Of a DNA stretch of 64,000 nt, positions 19,741-29,595 are shown piece after piece. This DNA is from Candidatus Latescibacterota bacterium (GTDB lineage: Bacteria > Latescibacterota > UBA2968 > UBA8231), in NCBI GenBank assembly GCA_965203175.1, contig OZ241867.1, positions 3,808,001 to 3,872,000 on the forward strand. Direction: 5' to 3'. The notes below the pieces were generated by a model. The model had not been told where the DNA came from and did no database searches. It saw only the letters and a program-made list of their open reading frames with translations. The translations under genes and the position numbers were made by a program. Positions within the stretch are counted from its first letter, which is position 1. Every line of letters starts with the position of its first letter.

Positions 19741-21986
19741 GGCACCTTGAACATGTGCCGCAGTTGGTCGGCCAGTTCTTTGGTTTTTTCCATCGTCTGT
19801 TGCTGCATGCGGTGTTGCCGCTTTAGGTGCTGGTAGCGCGCGTACTCGGCATCGGCGCGTTCGCGCTGACCCATTTTGAGCAGGAGATGGGATAGGGCCC
19901 GACGGGCCTGCAGATCGCGGGGATGGTGTTGCAAGATGCGCTCAAAGCGCTGGAGGGCTTGGCGGTACTGACCTTGGTTGGCCTCTAAGGTACCCATACT
20001 GCGCAAGGCGTGCACATTGTCGGGGTCGAGTGCCAGCGCCGCGAGTAAATGACCTTTGGCTGTTTCCTCATCCCCCCGCTTTAGCAGCAGATCGGCTAAA
20101 TGGCACAACCCGGCGAGATGATCGGGTTGCTGGACTATCAGTTGCTGATAGGCTTGTTCGGCGCGTTCGGGCTGGCCCTGGTTTTCGTATAGCTGGCCTA
20201 GCAGGTAGTGAGCCGACTGGGAGCCTAGTTCGAGTGCGCGGAGGTAAGCCGCTTCGGCTTGCGCCAGCCGACCGGCCGCGGCTTCGACTCGACCGAGGCG
20301 GAGGTAGAGGTGGGCTTGATCAGGTTGCCGCACTAAGAGTTTTTGGTACTCGACCGCTGATTCTTGAGCTTGGCCCCGTAGCCGGAGGAAATCGGCGAAC
20401 TGGAGGCGGACGTCGTCTTGGTCGGGATGGTGGTCGAGGAATTGCCGCCACGTGTGGGCGGCATCATCGTAGCGCTGGGTCGCCCCGTACATATGGGCGA
20501 GGCCCAGCAGGGCGTGGCGATGGGACGGGTCCAGTTCGACGGCGCGGCGGTAGTGCTGCAAGGCGTTGGTCTTCATGCCTTTGTTCTCATAGACAGCCGC
20601 CAGCGAGTAGTGGTGAAAAGCGGCCACGTGCGGACTGGTCGCCGCGGTCCCGGCGTTGGTGACCAACAGCAGTACGGCAAGGGCACCAGCCGACAGATAC
20701 AAGGCTCTATGGCGCAAATCAGCCAAGGTGCAAGCGCCATAGGCGGCCAGCAGCAAGAGGCAGGGCACGGCTGGCAAGCGATAGCGGCCCGTGACGAAAA
20801 ACAACACCACCGACAGCATGTAGACTCCCGCAAAGAGCAAGACGAGATAGGTTGCCGGGGTGCGGCGTTCCGGTTTGAGCAGGACATAGGCCGCCCCGAG
20901 CAGGGCGAGGGCCGAAACTAGACCAAAGGGGAATGCGAGGCCGTACTTCCACAGCAAAAGGCGCAACAGCGGCGAGTACTCAGCGGCGAAGTACGGATCG
21001 GTATTGCGGGGGATCTCAGCCCCGTGCCAAAACAGATAGCCCTTGTGCAAAAGCAGGGCCAAATAGTCCCCCGGCTCGGTGCGTATATATTCCCAAGCTT
21101 TGCCCAAAAGGTAGTTCGAGCCAGCTCCCGGCTGGGTGATGCCGGCCTCGCGTTGCGGCAAGTCAACTACCTCGCTCCACCCGGCTCCGGGCCGCGCCCC
21201 TACGGTGCGGTCGTAGTCTGGATTGTTGCCGAGGTAGAAGTTGACACCCGCGTTGAAGGAGATGAGCACCCACTCGCCACCGACGATGCGGTTGCGCAGA
21301 GTCACCGGGCCTACCAGCATCAGCAGACCGACGGCAAAGATCGCTAGGTGGAGGGCGCGGCGACGCATTGCCGCAGCAGGCCACCAGCGATACACCCACC
21401 AAGCCGCCACCGGCGCAAAGAGCAACACGTTCGGCACGGCCAAGGTGCCCAGTCCTAGGGCGAGTCCGGCGACAAGCGCGGGAAGGGCTCCGCCTTGGCG
21501 CTGGCCCCACAACAAGACCAACAGCAGGACCGCGTCGAAAAGCACGGCCCAAGTCGTGGGCAAAAGTTCGCCCTCAAAATAGAGGAAGGGGCCGTACAGC
21601 GCCGCTCCGAGGGCCGCTATCCAACCCACCGTCGGCGAGAAGACCTCGCGACCTAGCTTGAAGACGATCAGGCAAGTAGCCGTGCCAGCTAGGGCTTGGA
21701 GCAGACGCGGCAGGTAGTAGTTTTCGCCAAAAAAAGAAAAGAGAACGGCTAGGAAATAGGGGTAAAAAGGAGCCTGCCAGAACGGCATAGGACGCCCAGC
21801 CCAAGTGCCGGTCGCCAGTTCGCGGGCGTATTCGGTATAGCTTCTGGCATCGACAATGGGCGTGTCGAAAAAAGGGCTGTCGGCGGCTTGGAACAGGTAA
21901 ACTAAGCGCAAGCCTAGGGCCAAGACGGCTAGGGCGACCAGCTTGGGCCAGTGCAGCGCAAGCGCCTTACTTACCCAGGCCAGCAT
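19737..21986 (-). CDS. GT-C (PMT_2/GT39/GT83-like) membrane glycosyltransferase with C-terminal TPRs
   Basis: PIVDARSY, FWQAPFYPYFLA, N..GVNFYLGNNP, GRYRLP; about 8 TPR units at the C-terminus. Confidence 0.8.
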   Translation of the reverse strand: MLAWVSKALALHWPKLVALAVLALGLRLVYLFQAADSPFFDTPIVDARSYTEYARELATGTWAGRPMPFWQAPFYPYFLAVLFSFFGENYYLPRLLQALAGTATCLIVFKLGREVFSPTVGWIAALGAALYGPFLYFEGELLPTTWAVLFDAVLLLVLLWGQRQGGALPALVAGLALGLGTLAVPNVLLFAPVAAWWVYRWWPAAAMRRRALHLAIFAVGLLMLVGPVTLRNRIVGGEWVLISFNAGVNFYLGNNPDYDRTVGARPGAGWSEVVDLPQREAGITQPGAGSNYLLGKAWEYIRTEPGDYLALLLHKGYLFWHGAEIPRNTDPYFAAEYSPLLRLLLWKYGLAFPFGLVSALALLGAAYVLLKPERRTPATYLVLLFAGVYMLSVVLFFVTGRYRLPAVPCLLLLAAYGACTLADLRHRALYLSAGALAVLLLVTNAGTAATSPHVAAFHHYSLAAVYENKGMKTNALQHYRRAVELDPSHRHALLGLAHMYGATQRYDDAAHTWRQFLDHHPDQDDVRLQFADFLRLRGQAQESAVEYQKLLVRQPDQAHLYLRLGRVEAAAGRLAQAEAAYLRALELGSQSAHYLLGQLYENQGQPERAEQAYQQLIVQQPDHLAGLCHLADLLLKRGDEETAKGHLLAALALDPDNVHALRSMGTLEANQGQYRQALQRFERILQHHPRDLQARRALSHLLLKMGQRERADAEYARYQHLKRQHRMQQQTMEKTKELADQLRHMFKVP

Positions 21987-24627
21987 ATAGGGTGATAAAG
22001 CCCTGGGTCAGGATTTCCGATTCGCGTTCGATGCTCTTGAAATCGCGCCAATCTGCTTTGAGACCCACTTGAGCGGATACCTCGTAGCCCAAATAGGAAC
22101 TCACATTGGATAGCTGTAAGGCTCCGGCGACCCCGGTGAAATCATTGTTGTCGCGCTTCATATCGTTGGCGAAAGAATACTCAATTCCAGTTTGAATGCG
22201 GGTGTTGTTGAGGATGGGAAATCCCAAGAGGAATCCCACTATCTCGGTCAGCACCGTCTCCTCGTCGGCAGTAAACAGCCCCACGGTCTGGCGACGGTAT
22301 TCGCTTTTCCAACGCGGCTCGAGTTGGACGGTACCCAGATCGTAGCGGTAGCTGAATTTGTTGATGACGCCAAAGAAGGAGTCTGTCTCGCGCAGGGCTG
22401 CTTCGTCGCGCTGGTGAAAAAGCTCCAAGTTGAGATAATTATACGCCTCCAAGCCCCCTCGGTTGTAGTTGTGTCCGATCCAAGTGGTATTAATCCAAGT
22501 GTCTTGGGCTAAAAGAGGATCTACTACTTTTTGCAATTGGCCGTCGCGCTGCGTGTTTTCGGGGAACCACTGGAGTAGGTCGTCCGGGATATTGTCCTGA
22601 GCTAGCTTGAGCATCTGCATGAAGCGGAAGCGCCCTTGTTGGGGATTGTCCCGGTCTAGGCTGAACAGGGCGTAGGAAGTGTGGTTGCGCTTGTCGGCTG
22701 AGATCAATTCCTCGCGCAGGTGCCCGATGGTAAGGCGAATGTCTGGGGTCAGTCGGTATCCCGTATAGACGTTGAAGCCTCGGTGGTCTTTCTGATAGGG
22801 GTAGTCTGGGGATTCGTCGTTTTCAAAGCGGTCAACCCACAGGTTATTGTTCATGTCGATCCCGTAGAGGAAGTCGGGTCGGTCCACGCGGTGTCTGAGA
22901 AAGGCTTCGTCGTAGTCGGGAATGCCATTGGAGATGGTTAGGTTGTCGTTTTGGTTGAAGTCAGAGATGAAGTCGTAGTTCTCGTCCCAGCCGGGGAAGA
23001 CCCGGCGGTCGCCGGCTTGGGAATCGGCGCGGACTAAGTCGGGTGCGCGGTCTTGGTCGTCGTTGTCTTCTACTAGCTCCACCACGTGGAAGCGCTCGTT
23101 TTCGTAGTCTATATTGCCGGCCGAACCAGTGACAAAGGTGCGGGTGTTGTAGAGCGGGTCCATGCTGTACGCTTCACCAAAAAAGAACCAAGGATGGGCC
23201 ACCTTGGACAGGTTGATCATCCAAGCCGGCTCGACCTGCTCCCCAGCCACGCCCGCCGAAGTGGTGTGGCTGGTCCGCGTCACGCTGGGATATTTGCGGT
23301 AGGCTATACTCAGATCGTACTCGCCGTAGAAGTTGAAACCGGCCACATCCCGCAGCTCTAGGGTGGCTCCGATAATTTGGGTCGCCGTGGGCAGGCCGTA
23401 CTCGAATTTGAGGATGCGCAGGTTGGTGTTGTCCTGCACATTGCCCTCGGCCTGCGCTACCAATAGCAGCACGGGTTCGTCGCTGCGGTTGGTTTGGTTA
23501 TTGGACGTCATCCACACCTGATAGTCGTTGCCAATAGTCATTTCGAACTCGACTTTGGCGATTTCTTCTTTGGGACCCGAGGCCCGGTTGACGAAGGCGG
23601 GCGTGTCAAAGTCGTAGAGCAGGCGGATCTCTTCGGACCCATCGGCCGAGATGAAGCCTTCTTGGACGAATCCCCCTTGGATGGCTGGTTCAAAGCGGAT
23701 TTCTCGGCCGTGGTCAACAGTGCCGTCGTTGTAGGTAATGATGATGTCCGAACCCACTGGGAAGAAGGCGGCTCCACCGCTGCCGTCTGCGGGCGAGTCG
23801 TCGCGTAGAACAAGTTCGATAAAGGAAACGGTTTGGTTCTGGTCAACCGTCAAAGCCCCGGCAATGGGGTTGCCCTTAAAGCCGTCGCGCAGAGTATTGG
23901 ACTGGTGAGTGTTGACGAAGTGAACACCCATTTCGGTGAAGTCGCCGATCTGCGCGGTGGCCCGACCGCCCATTAGCGTGGTGAGGTTGGTGGTGAGGAC
24001 TTCGGTGTTGTCGGTCGAAGCCCCACCGGGCGAACTAAGGCGCGAGTAGATGACGGTGCCTTGGTACTTGTCGGTGGCTATGTCGAACTGGACTCCGTCC
24101 CAAAAGGGTTTGGAAAAGCTCATGGGGGTGAGCGTGGTGCGCAGGCGATTCGACACCGTCAGGGCGTAGTGATACTGACCCTTGCTGTCCGAGGCAATAG
24201 CCACGCCCGAAAACCAGTTGTTAAAGCGAGAGGCCTTGACCAGCGAACTGCCAAATTGCCGCGGCTGAGTCTGCGAGTTGCTAAATATGAGCCAGCCACG
24301 GGTGATGGCGTTGCCAAATAGGTCGTAGTAGTAGTCGCCCTCTAGCCGGATATCGACGTAGCGCTGGTACAGGTTGCGGGCGTAGTTGCTGTACTCCCAC
24401 TGGCGCCAGCGGTACTCGTTGTAGAGTTCCTGCGGCACGTACCACTTTTTAATGGCCGGATCCAGCGCGTCGAAGAGGACGCCTGGGCCATAAGGGGCGT
24501 AGCTGGTCTCGCCTTCCCCTCGGGGGACGCCCAGCCGCGTGCCATAGTCGGGTTGGCTGTAGGCCGGGCTTAGCACACAGCTCAAGACTACCAAGACAGA
24601 CGCGGTATTTAGCCTTATCACTTCCAT
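21967..24627 (-). CDS. Family A: secreted ~900-aa putative outer-membrane beta-barrel protein (paralog 1 of 3)
   Basis: Signal peptide; shares blocks with 52811 and 55681 (YVPQELY..Y.W..WEYSNYA, TTLTPM.F.K, YGLPTA.Q, FPGWDEN.DFISDFNQN, FFG.INK); C-terminal amphipathic strands ending FITLYAGLGK. Confidence 0.7.
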   Translation of the reverse strand: MEVIRLNTASVLVVLSCVLSPAYSQPDYGTRLGVPRGEGETSYAPYGPGVLFDALDPAIKKWYVPQELYNEYRWRQWEYSNYARNLYQRYVDIRLEGDYYYDLFGNAITRGWLIFSNSQTQPRQFGSSLVKASRFNNWFSGVAIASDSKGQYHYALTVSNRLRTTLTPMSFSKPFWDGVQFDIATDKYQGTVIYSRLSSPGGASTDNTEVLTTNLTTLMGGRATAQIGDFTEMGVHFVNTHQSNTLRDGFKGNPIAGALTVDQNQTVSFIELVLRDDSPADGSGGAAFFPVGSDIIITYNDGTVDHGREIRFEPAIQGGFVQEGFISADGSEEIRLLYDFDTPAFVNRASGPKEEIAKVEFEMTIGNDYQVWMTSNNQTNRSDEPVLLLVAQAEGNVQDNTNLRILKFEYGLPTATQIIGATLELRDVAGFNFYGEYDLSIAYRKYPSVTRTSHTTSAGVAGEQVEPAWMINLSKVAHPWFFFGEAYSMDPLYNTRTFVTGSAGNIDYENERFHVVELVEDNDDQDRAPDLVRADSQAGDRRVFPGWDENYDFISDFNQNDNLTISNGIPDYDEAFLRHRVDRPDFLYGIDMNNNLWVDRFENDESPDYPYQKDHRGFNVYTGYRLTPDIRLTIGHLREELISADKRNHTSYALFSLDRDNPQQGRFRFMQMLKLAQDNIPDDLLQWFPENTQRDGQLQKVVDPLLAQDTWINTTWIGHNYNRGGLEAYNYLNLELFHQRDEAALRETDSFFGVINKFSYRYDLGTVQLEPRWKSEYRRQTVGLFTADEETVLTEIVGFLLGFPILNNTRIQTGIEYSFANDMKRDNNDFTGVAGALQLSNVSSYLGYEVSAQVGLKADWRDFKSIERESEILTQGFITLYAGLGK

Positions 24628-24651
24628 AATCTTCCCTTTGACTGGTGTACA

Positions 24652-27600
24652 CTAATAGACTACGGCCACGATGCGGGCCAAGGCCGTGTCGGTGGCCCGG
24701 TCCGAATCGGCACCGAAATCAATCCGGCATATATAGAGGCCTGGCGGCACGGTGCGGTCAGCCGCATCGCGGCCGTTCCAGCGGATTTGCTGGGGGCCTC
24801 CTGACACTTGAGTGCTATTTTCCCATATCAGGCGTCCGTCCAGTGAGTAGAGGCGCAGACGCGCTTGGCGAGCTTGGGTCACTTGAAAGATGGAAAACGC
24901 GACGGTCAGTTCGTCGTTGATCCCGTCGCCATTGGGCGTAAAGGGGTTGGGAGCCAAGCTCAGGTCGCCGAGGACTTGCCCCCCCACGGGGATGCTCAGC
25001 GTCAGTTGGCGGCTGTCCGTTAGCGCAGTGGCGTCGCCTGGTTCTACTTGCTGCCACAAACTGCCGTCGGTGCCAGCGGCGGCGCGACGGACAAAAGGCT
25101 TAAAGGTGGTTCCGTTGCGAAAGATAGCAGCGGCAAAGCGCAAGTGGATCAGGGGGCCTTGGCCTAAGATGGCTCCGCGCTCGGCTCTGGGCAACGCGCG
25201 GTAGGTTGCGCGCGTCAGGGAATCGCCCAAGGCGTCAAAGGGCGATTGGGCCCCGCCGCCGCGCAGTTTGCGAAAATAGCGAATCGGCCCTTGTTCGGCT
25301 GAGGGCAAGTCATCGTACTCAGCGCGGCCAGAGACCGCTGCCAAGCCGCTGGCGGTCTGCCGCAAGAAGAGGATAGCTCCGCGCTCGGCCTCGTTGAGCA
25401 GGCCGTAGGCCACTTCTGTGATCAGGTCGCCGTCTTCGCCAACCATGACTTCGGCCCCTTGGGGGGTGATGCGGTGGTAGGTCTGAACTGCCTGCTCTGC
25501 CGGTAGGGTCTGGTGTAGTTGGGGCAGCAGGACCCAGATAGAGTCGGCGTGGTTGCGCCGCACTTGGGCGATGGCTCCAGCAGCGTCGGTCAAGTTGCCA
25601 TCGGCCGCTAGGGTAAATGTCTGCAAGGGGCTTCCGCGGCCTAGCTCTTCCTCGGTCCCTGTGCTCAGGCTCAACAGGTGCAGCGCGAGCCCGGGCGGAG
25701 CCTGCAACAGGATTTCGTCAAAGCCTGGGGTGCGGTCAGCCGCTGGTTCGTCTATGAATACCGGGCGCAGATACAGGTCGAACGTGTCTAGCTGGCCGAC
25801 CGCGGCCTGCGTGGGCCATACTTCGGCGGTGAGAGCGCGGGCTACGGGCGGGGCTAGCTCTACTTCGATCGAGCTAATTGAGGCGGCTTGCAGGCGATCT
25901 TGGCTGGTAAAGCGCACCTGCAACTGCATGTAATTGCGCAGCCCGGGGGAACGGACCCGGTCGCCCGGCTGTAGGTACTGCTGGCTCCAAGGACTCCAGC
26001 CGCTGCCGAGGGCAAAGGTGGTGTCGATGGGTCCCTTCCAACTGCTGATCAGCTTGTCCCATTCTTCTTTGGTCTTCTCGTTGCCGTTGACGTCGAAATG
26101 GCGAATTTGCTGCACCAGCAGATCGCCGGTGCGCGTCCGCACTTCCGCCGTCGTGCCGGAGGGGTGGGTACCGGGGGGCGGATCCCAGCGGATGGCCCCG
26201 AAGTTGCGCGGTCCCGGCAGGCGGATGATATCGGACACCAGTGAAGCTTGGCTGACAAACCCCTCAGTGTAGAGCAGGACTTCGGTCAGATCGTAGAAAA
26301 AGCCCGAAGTCCGCGCGATGCCCGGCAGGCGCAGGTTGAGGAAGCGGATATCTAGGGGTGGGTCAAAGCGGTCGGCGGCGCGCTTGAATCCCCCTTCCAT
26401 GCGGTCGGGTAGGCTGACCTGTCGCCACCGGAGCCGGCCATTGGGATCGCGGCTGCCGTCGGCCACCTCGGTGATGTAGCCGGGAATAAAGGGAACGGCC
26501 AAGCGCATGGCGTCGAGCCAGACGCGGGCACCAATATCGACGGTGAGAATGCCAGCGGTGGGATTGGTGCTAAACCACGCTGGCATGCGGAAGGTGGTGT
26601 TCCAGTCGCCGTCAAAGCCCCCAGCCGGGACTTCTGGTCCGGTAAAGCTAACGCTACCGCCCCCGTCAATTAGCTTAGGCGATAGGTTGTCGCCCCAGCC
26701 CCAGACTTCGACTTCGGCCAGCCGGGGCCGCTCGCGGAGATAGTACTCTTTGCGGCCCTGCTGTTCTTGGGGGAGGCTCTCGTAAATAGCCTGCTCCACT
26801 GGCTCCTCAAAGCCGACGTCGTCGCGGATGTAGTAGAGTATATCGCCTCGTTCGTCGGCCGGCAGGGCATCCCACGCCGCCTGGTCGATTTGGTGTGCCC
26901 GCCCCAGCTTGCTGTCGCCGATGAGAATGCGCACGGTTTGGGCCATGCGACCGGTCCACTCGGTGCGGTCGTCGTCGTCTTCGGAAAAGCCGGGCGTGTC
27001 CTCGGAAGAAAACGCCATGGTCCGCTGATTCGTATTGGGAGCTCGGGTTTGGCCGACCACCTTGAACTGGAGCACGCGGCTTTGGGCTTGAATGAGCTTC
27101 TGCTGGGGGGCTAGCATGACGCGGAACTGGCGGAAGGGATCGCCCAAGGTCTCATCGACAAAGTGCAGCACTACCTTCTCGACCACGACCGTGCGGCCCA
27201 AGTCGATCTCGATCCACCACTTGTCTGGCGTGGCCGCTAAGTCTGGTTCCCAAAAGGTGTCGCGGTCGCCATCGACAATGTAGGGGGCTAGGGCTTCGTT
27301 GGAGCCTACCCGGCTGACGCCGACGCGCTGGACGTAGTCGTACACCGGGAAGGCGATTTTGTCTTTAGCGCCAAATTCGCGCGTTGATTCTACCCCCGTG
27401 CGTTCGTCGCGCAGGCTTAGGGTCACGGTTTTGCCGTCGCCGCTGAGGGTGGTGTCGACGATGGTTAGGAGTCGGCCGTTGAGGGGGATCTGGCTGTGGT
27501 TGCCGGGGAAGCGTTTGAAGTCTCGGTTGAGGAATTTGATCAGTTGCTCGGCCTTGCTGACGGTAAAGCTGCCGTCTGCTTCCAGCGTCGGGGTGCGCTG

Positions 27601-27912
27601 GAGGTTCATAATCGCCCGATCCGCCTTGCGAATGCCCGGTTGGTCCACGGGTTTGGCAAATACCGCGCGATCTTCGGCGATGATGTTGTACACGTGGCGG
27701 AAGAAATGAGGCTTGACCGTCCCGTCTGGATGCACATCGACTACGTGCGAGGGCCCGGTCCAGTGTCGCCAATAGGAAGCCTTATCGACGATGATGCGAT
27801 CGCCCTGCAGACGGTGGCCTAAGGGCGCTTGGGCACTGACTTGCTGGAGGGCCAAACACCCAAAAGCTAAGGCCCAAATCCGGCTCCAACGGCTATATCG
27901 CTTGCGGTTCAT
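24652..27912 (-). CDS. Family B subtype B3: secreted discoidin-like + FlgD-Ig/CTD protein, 1086 aa
   Basis: Signal peptide; DGDRDTFW..WIEIDLG discoidin motif; WSPWS, SPGLRNYMQ, PNPFTPNGDGINDE, WNGRD...VPPGLY, ends AVVY. Confidence 0.75.
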   Translation of the reverse strand: MNRKRYSRWSRIWALAFGCLALQQVSAQAPLGHRLQGDRIIVDKASYWRHWTGPSHVVDVHPDGTVKPHFFRHVYNIIAEDRAVFAKPVDQPGIRKADRAIMNLQRTPTLEADGSFTVSKAEQLIKFLNRDFKRFPGNHSQIPLNGRLLTIVDTTLSGDGKTVTLSLRDERTGVESTREFGAKDKIAFPVYDYVQRVGVSRVGSNEALAPYIVDGDRDTFWEPDLAATPDKWWIEIDLGRTVVVEKVVLHFVDETLGDPFRQFRVMLAPQQKLIQAQSRVLQFKVVGQTRAPNTNQRTMAFSSEDTPGFSEDDDDRTEWTGRMAQTVRILIGDSKLGRAHQIDQAAWDALPADERGDILYYIRDDVGFEEPVEQAIYESLPQEQQGRKEYYLRERPRLAEVEVWGWGDNLSPKLIDGGGSVSFTGPEVPAGGFDGDWNTTFRMPAWFSTNPTAGILTVDIGARVWLDAMRLAVPFIPGYITEVADGSRDPNGRLRWRQVSLPDRMEGGFKRAADRFDPPLDIRFLNLRLPGIARTSGFFYDLTEVLLYTEGFVSQASLVSDIIRLPGPRNFGAIRWDPPPGTHPSGTTAEVRTRTGDLLVQQIRHFDVNGNEKTKEEWDKLISSWKGPIDTTFALGSGWSPWSQQYLQPGDRVRSPGLRNYMQLQVRFTSQDRLQAASISSIEVELAPPVARALTAEVWPTQAAVGQLDTFDLYLRPVFIDEPAADRTPGFDEILLQAPPGLALHLLSLSTGTEEELGRGSPLQTFTLAADGNLTDAAGAIAQVRRNHADSIWVLLPQLHQTLPAEQAVQTYHRITPQGAEVMVGEDGDLITEVAYGLLNEAERGAILFLRQTASGLAAVSGRAEYDDLPSAEQGPIRYFRKLRGGGAQSPFDALGDSLTRATYRALPRAERGAILGQGPLIHLRFAAAIFRNGTTFKPFVRRAAAGTDGSLWQQVEPGDATALTDSRQLTLSIPVGGQVLGDLSLAPNPFTPNGDGINDELTVAFSIFQVTQARQARLRLYSLDGRLIWENSTQVSGGPQQIRWNGRDAADRTVPPGLYICRIDFGADSDRATDTALARIVAVVY

Positions 27913-27938
27913 GGAGTTTCTCCAAGTTGTGCGACCGT

Positions 27939-29594
27939 TTAAAAGGCGGTGAGGAAATCGTCGGGCAGGGCCGCAGCTAATTGCTGTTGGTCCACTTGGA
28001 TCTGATCGGCGTATTGCTGGCGCAGGGTTTCTATATAGGCTTGAAACCGCTCCCGCTCCTCGGCCCGGCGCAGCATGTCGCTAACCTGCCGGCGGACTTG
28101 GGCAAAAGGCATCCGTTCCCCCGGCTGGCGGCGGACGATCTTGAATACGGAGAAGCCATCGTGGACTTGCACCGGTCCGACTAGTTCATCTGGCTGCGCG
28201 GCTAGGATATGAGATACCAAGTCCGAAGTTTTCTCCATGGGAAAGACGCCGCCCCGCGCTTGGGCCCCTCGGCGTTTGCTGCGCTCTTGGCCTAGGGCCG
28301 CGATGTCGGCCCCCGCTTCGATTTGCCGCCGCACGGCTAGCGCTTCTTCTTCGGTCTCCACCAGTACTTCGGCCACGTCGATCTGGTCCCGGCGACGGAA
28401 GCGCTCGGTCTGCTCGTCATAGTAGCGGCGCACGGCCTCTGGGGCGATGGTGATGGATGCCACTACTTTTTGCTGGCGCAGTTGGCTGATGACGACCTCT
28501 TCGCGCAGGCTCTGCCGCACCGCTTCGAGGGTCTCTCGGTCAATTAAATCCTCGTGGTGGACCGCGGCGGCAAAGATGTAAGGCTGGAGCAGAAAGCGCT
28601 CGGCGAGTTGGACCAAGGCGGTGCTGTCGGCTACGGCGTTGATGTTGCGGTTTTTGAGTTGGTCGAGCAGCTCGCCTAGGGGCACTTGGCCGCCCGTAAA
28701 CTTGAACAAAGGCGTTCGTTCTTCCTCTGGCGTCAGTTCCAAGGCTGCCAACGGCTGGCCTTTTTCCAGCAGGAGGTGCAACCCTGGTTCGTGGAGATTC
28801 CAGTCGTATTTGTCGGCCAATTGTTCGGCCCGGGCCGCTCGCGCTTCGCCGAGTCTTTCCTCTTGGAGTTGTTGGAGGATTTCGTCCCGGAAGTCGAAGT
28901 AGGATACGGGCCGTTCCTCAGTAAAGCGCACGACGCAAAAGCCTGCGGAGTGGGGCAGTACGGGCGATAAGACCCCCAAGGGCAAATCGTAGAACAGCGA
29001 ATCGGGGAGGCCCATGCGGCGGATGGATTCCACTCGGAGCCAGCCGAGTTCGCCCCCGTTGACTGCGTCGGGTGTAATGGAGTAGCGGGCGGCCACTTCG
29101 CCAAACGGAGTGCCAGCGGCCAACTCGGCCACGGCTTGTTCTAGTTCCGGCCGCGCCTTGGCCATAATACCCCACGTCATTCGCTCTAACGTGCTGTGGA
29201 GTCCTTGGCGCTCGAAGCGCTGTTTGATCTCGGTCTCTTCAACAAGGGGCGGTTGCACGGGTTTGCGCTTGAGATAGAGGGCGACCAAATGCCGACGGAT
29301 TCTGCGCTCTAGTTGGCGCTGGGTTGTGGCCGCGGTGTCCAAACCGAGGGCTTGGGCTTCCAGCCACATGAGGTGGTAGTCGATGAGGGGTTGGAGGTAC
29401 TCGCGCCGCGCTGCCGAACCTTCTTGGCGGCTCCGCTGGCTTTCGTTTAGCCCTAGGACGTAGGATCGGAGATCCTCGGCGGTGATAGCGCGTGTACCGA
29501 TCTGAACCACGGCGGGGAATTCCTGCTCACCACAGCCCCACAAAAAGGCCCCGATCAGGGCGCAAGCTATTGTCGCGATGCGTACTCTGTTCAT
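27939..29594 (-). CDS. Lipoprotein peptidyl-prolyl isomerase, SurA/PrsA-like, two PpiC-type domains
   Basis: Lipobox LWGC; FGEVAARYS..A.NGGELGW; second rotamase ADIAALGQERS..RGG..GPV..GFSVFK. Confidence 0.8.
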   Translation of the reverse strand: MNRVRIATIACALIGAFLWGCGEQEFPAVVQIGTRAITAEDLRSYVLGLNESQRSRQEGSAARREYLQPLIDYHLMWLEAQALGLDTAATTQRQLERRIRRHLVALYLKRKPVQPPLVEETEIKQRFERQGLHSTLERMTWGIMAKARPELEQAVAELAAGTPFGEVAARYSITPDAVNGGELGWLRVESIRRMGLPDSLFYDLPLGVLSPVLPHSAGFCVVRFTEERPVSYFDFRDEILQQLQEERLGEARAARAEQLADKYDWNLHEPGLHLLLEKGQPLAALELTPEEERTPLFKFTGGQVPLGELLDQLKNRNINAVADSTALVQLAERFLLQPYIFAAAVHHEDLIDRETLEAVRQSLREEVVISQLRQQKVVASITIAPEAVRRYYDEQTERFRRRDQIDVAEVLVETEEEALAVRRQIEAGADIAALGQERSKRRGAQARGGVFPMEKTSDLVSHILAAQPDELVGPVQVHDGFSVFKIVRRQPGERMPFAQVRRQVSDMLRRAEERERFQAYIETLRQQYADQIQVDQQQLAAALPDDFLTAF

Positions 29595-29595
29595 G

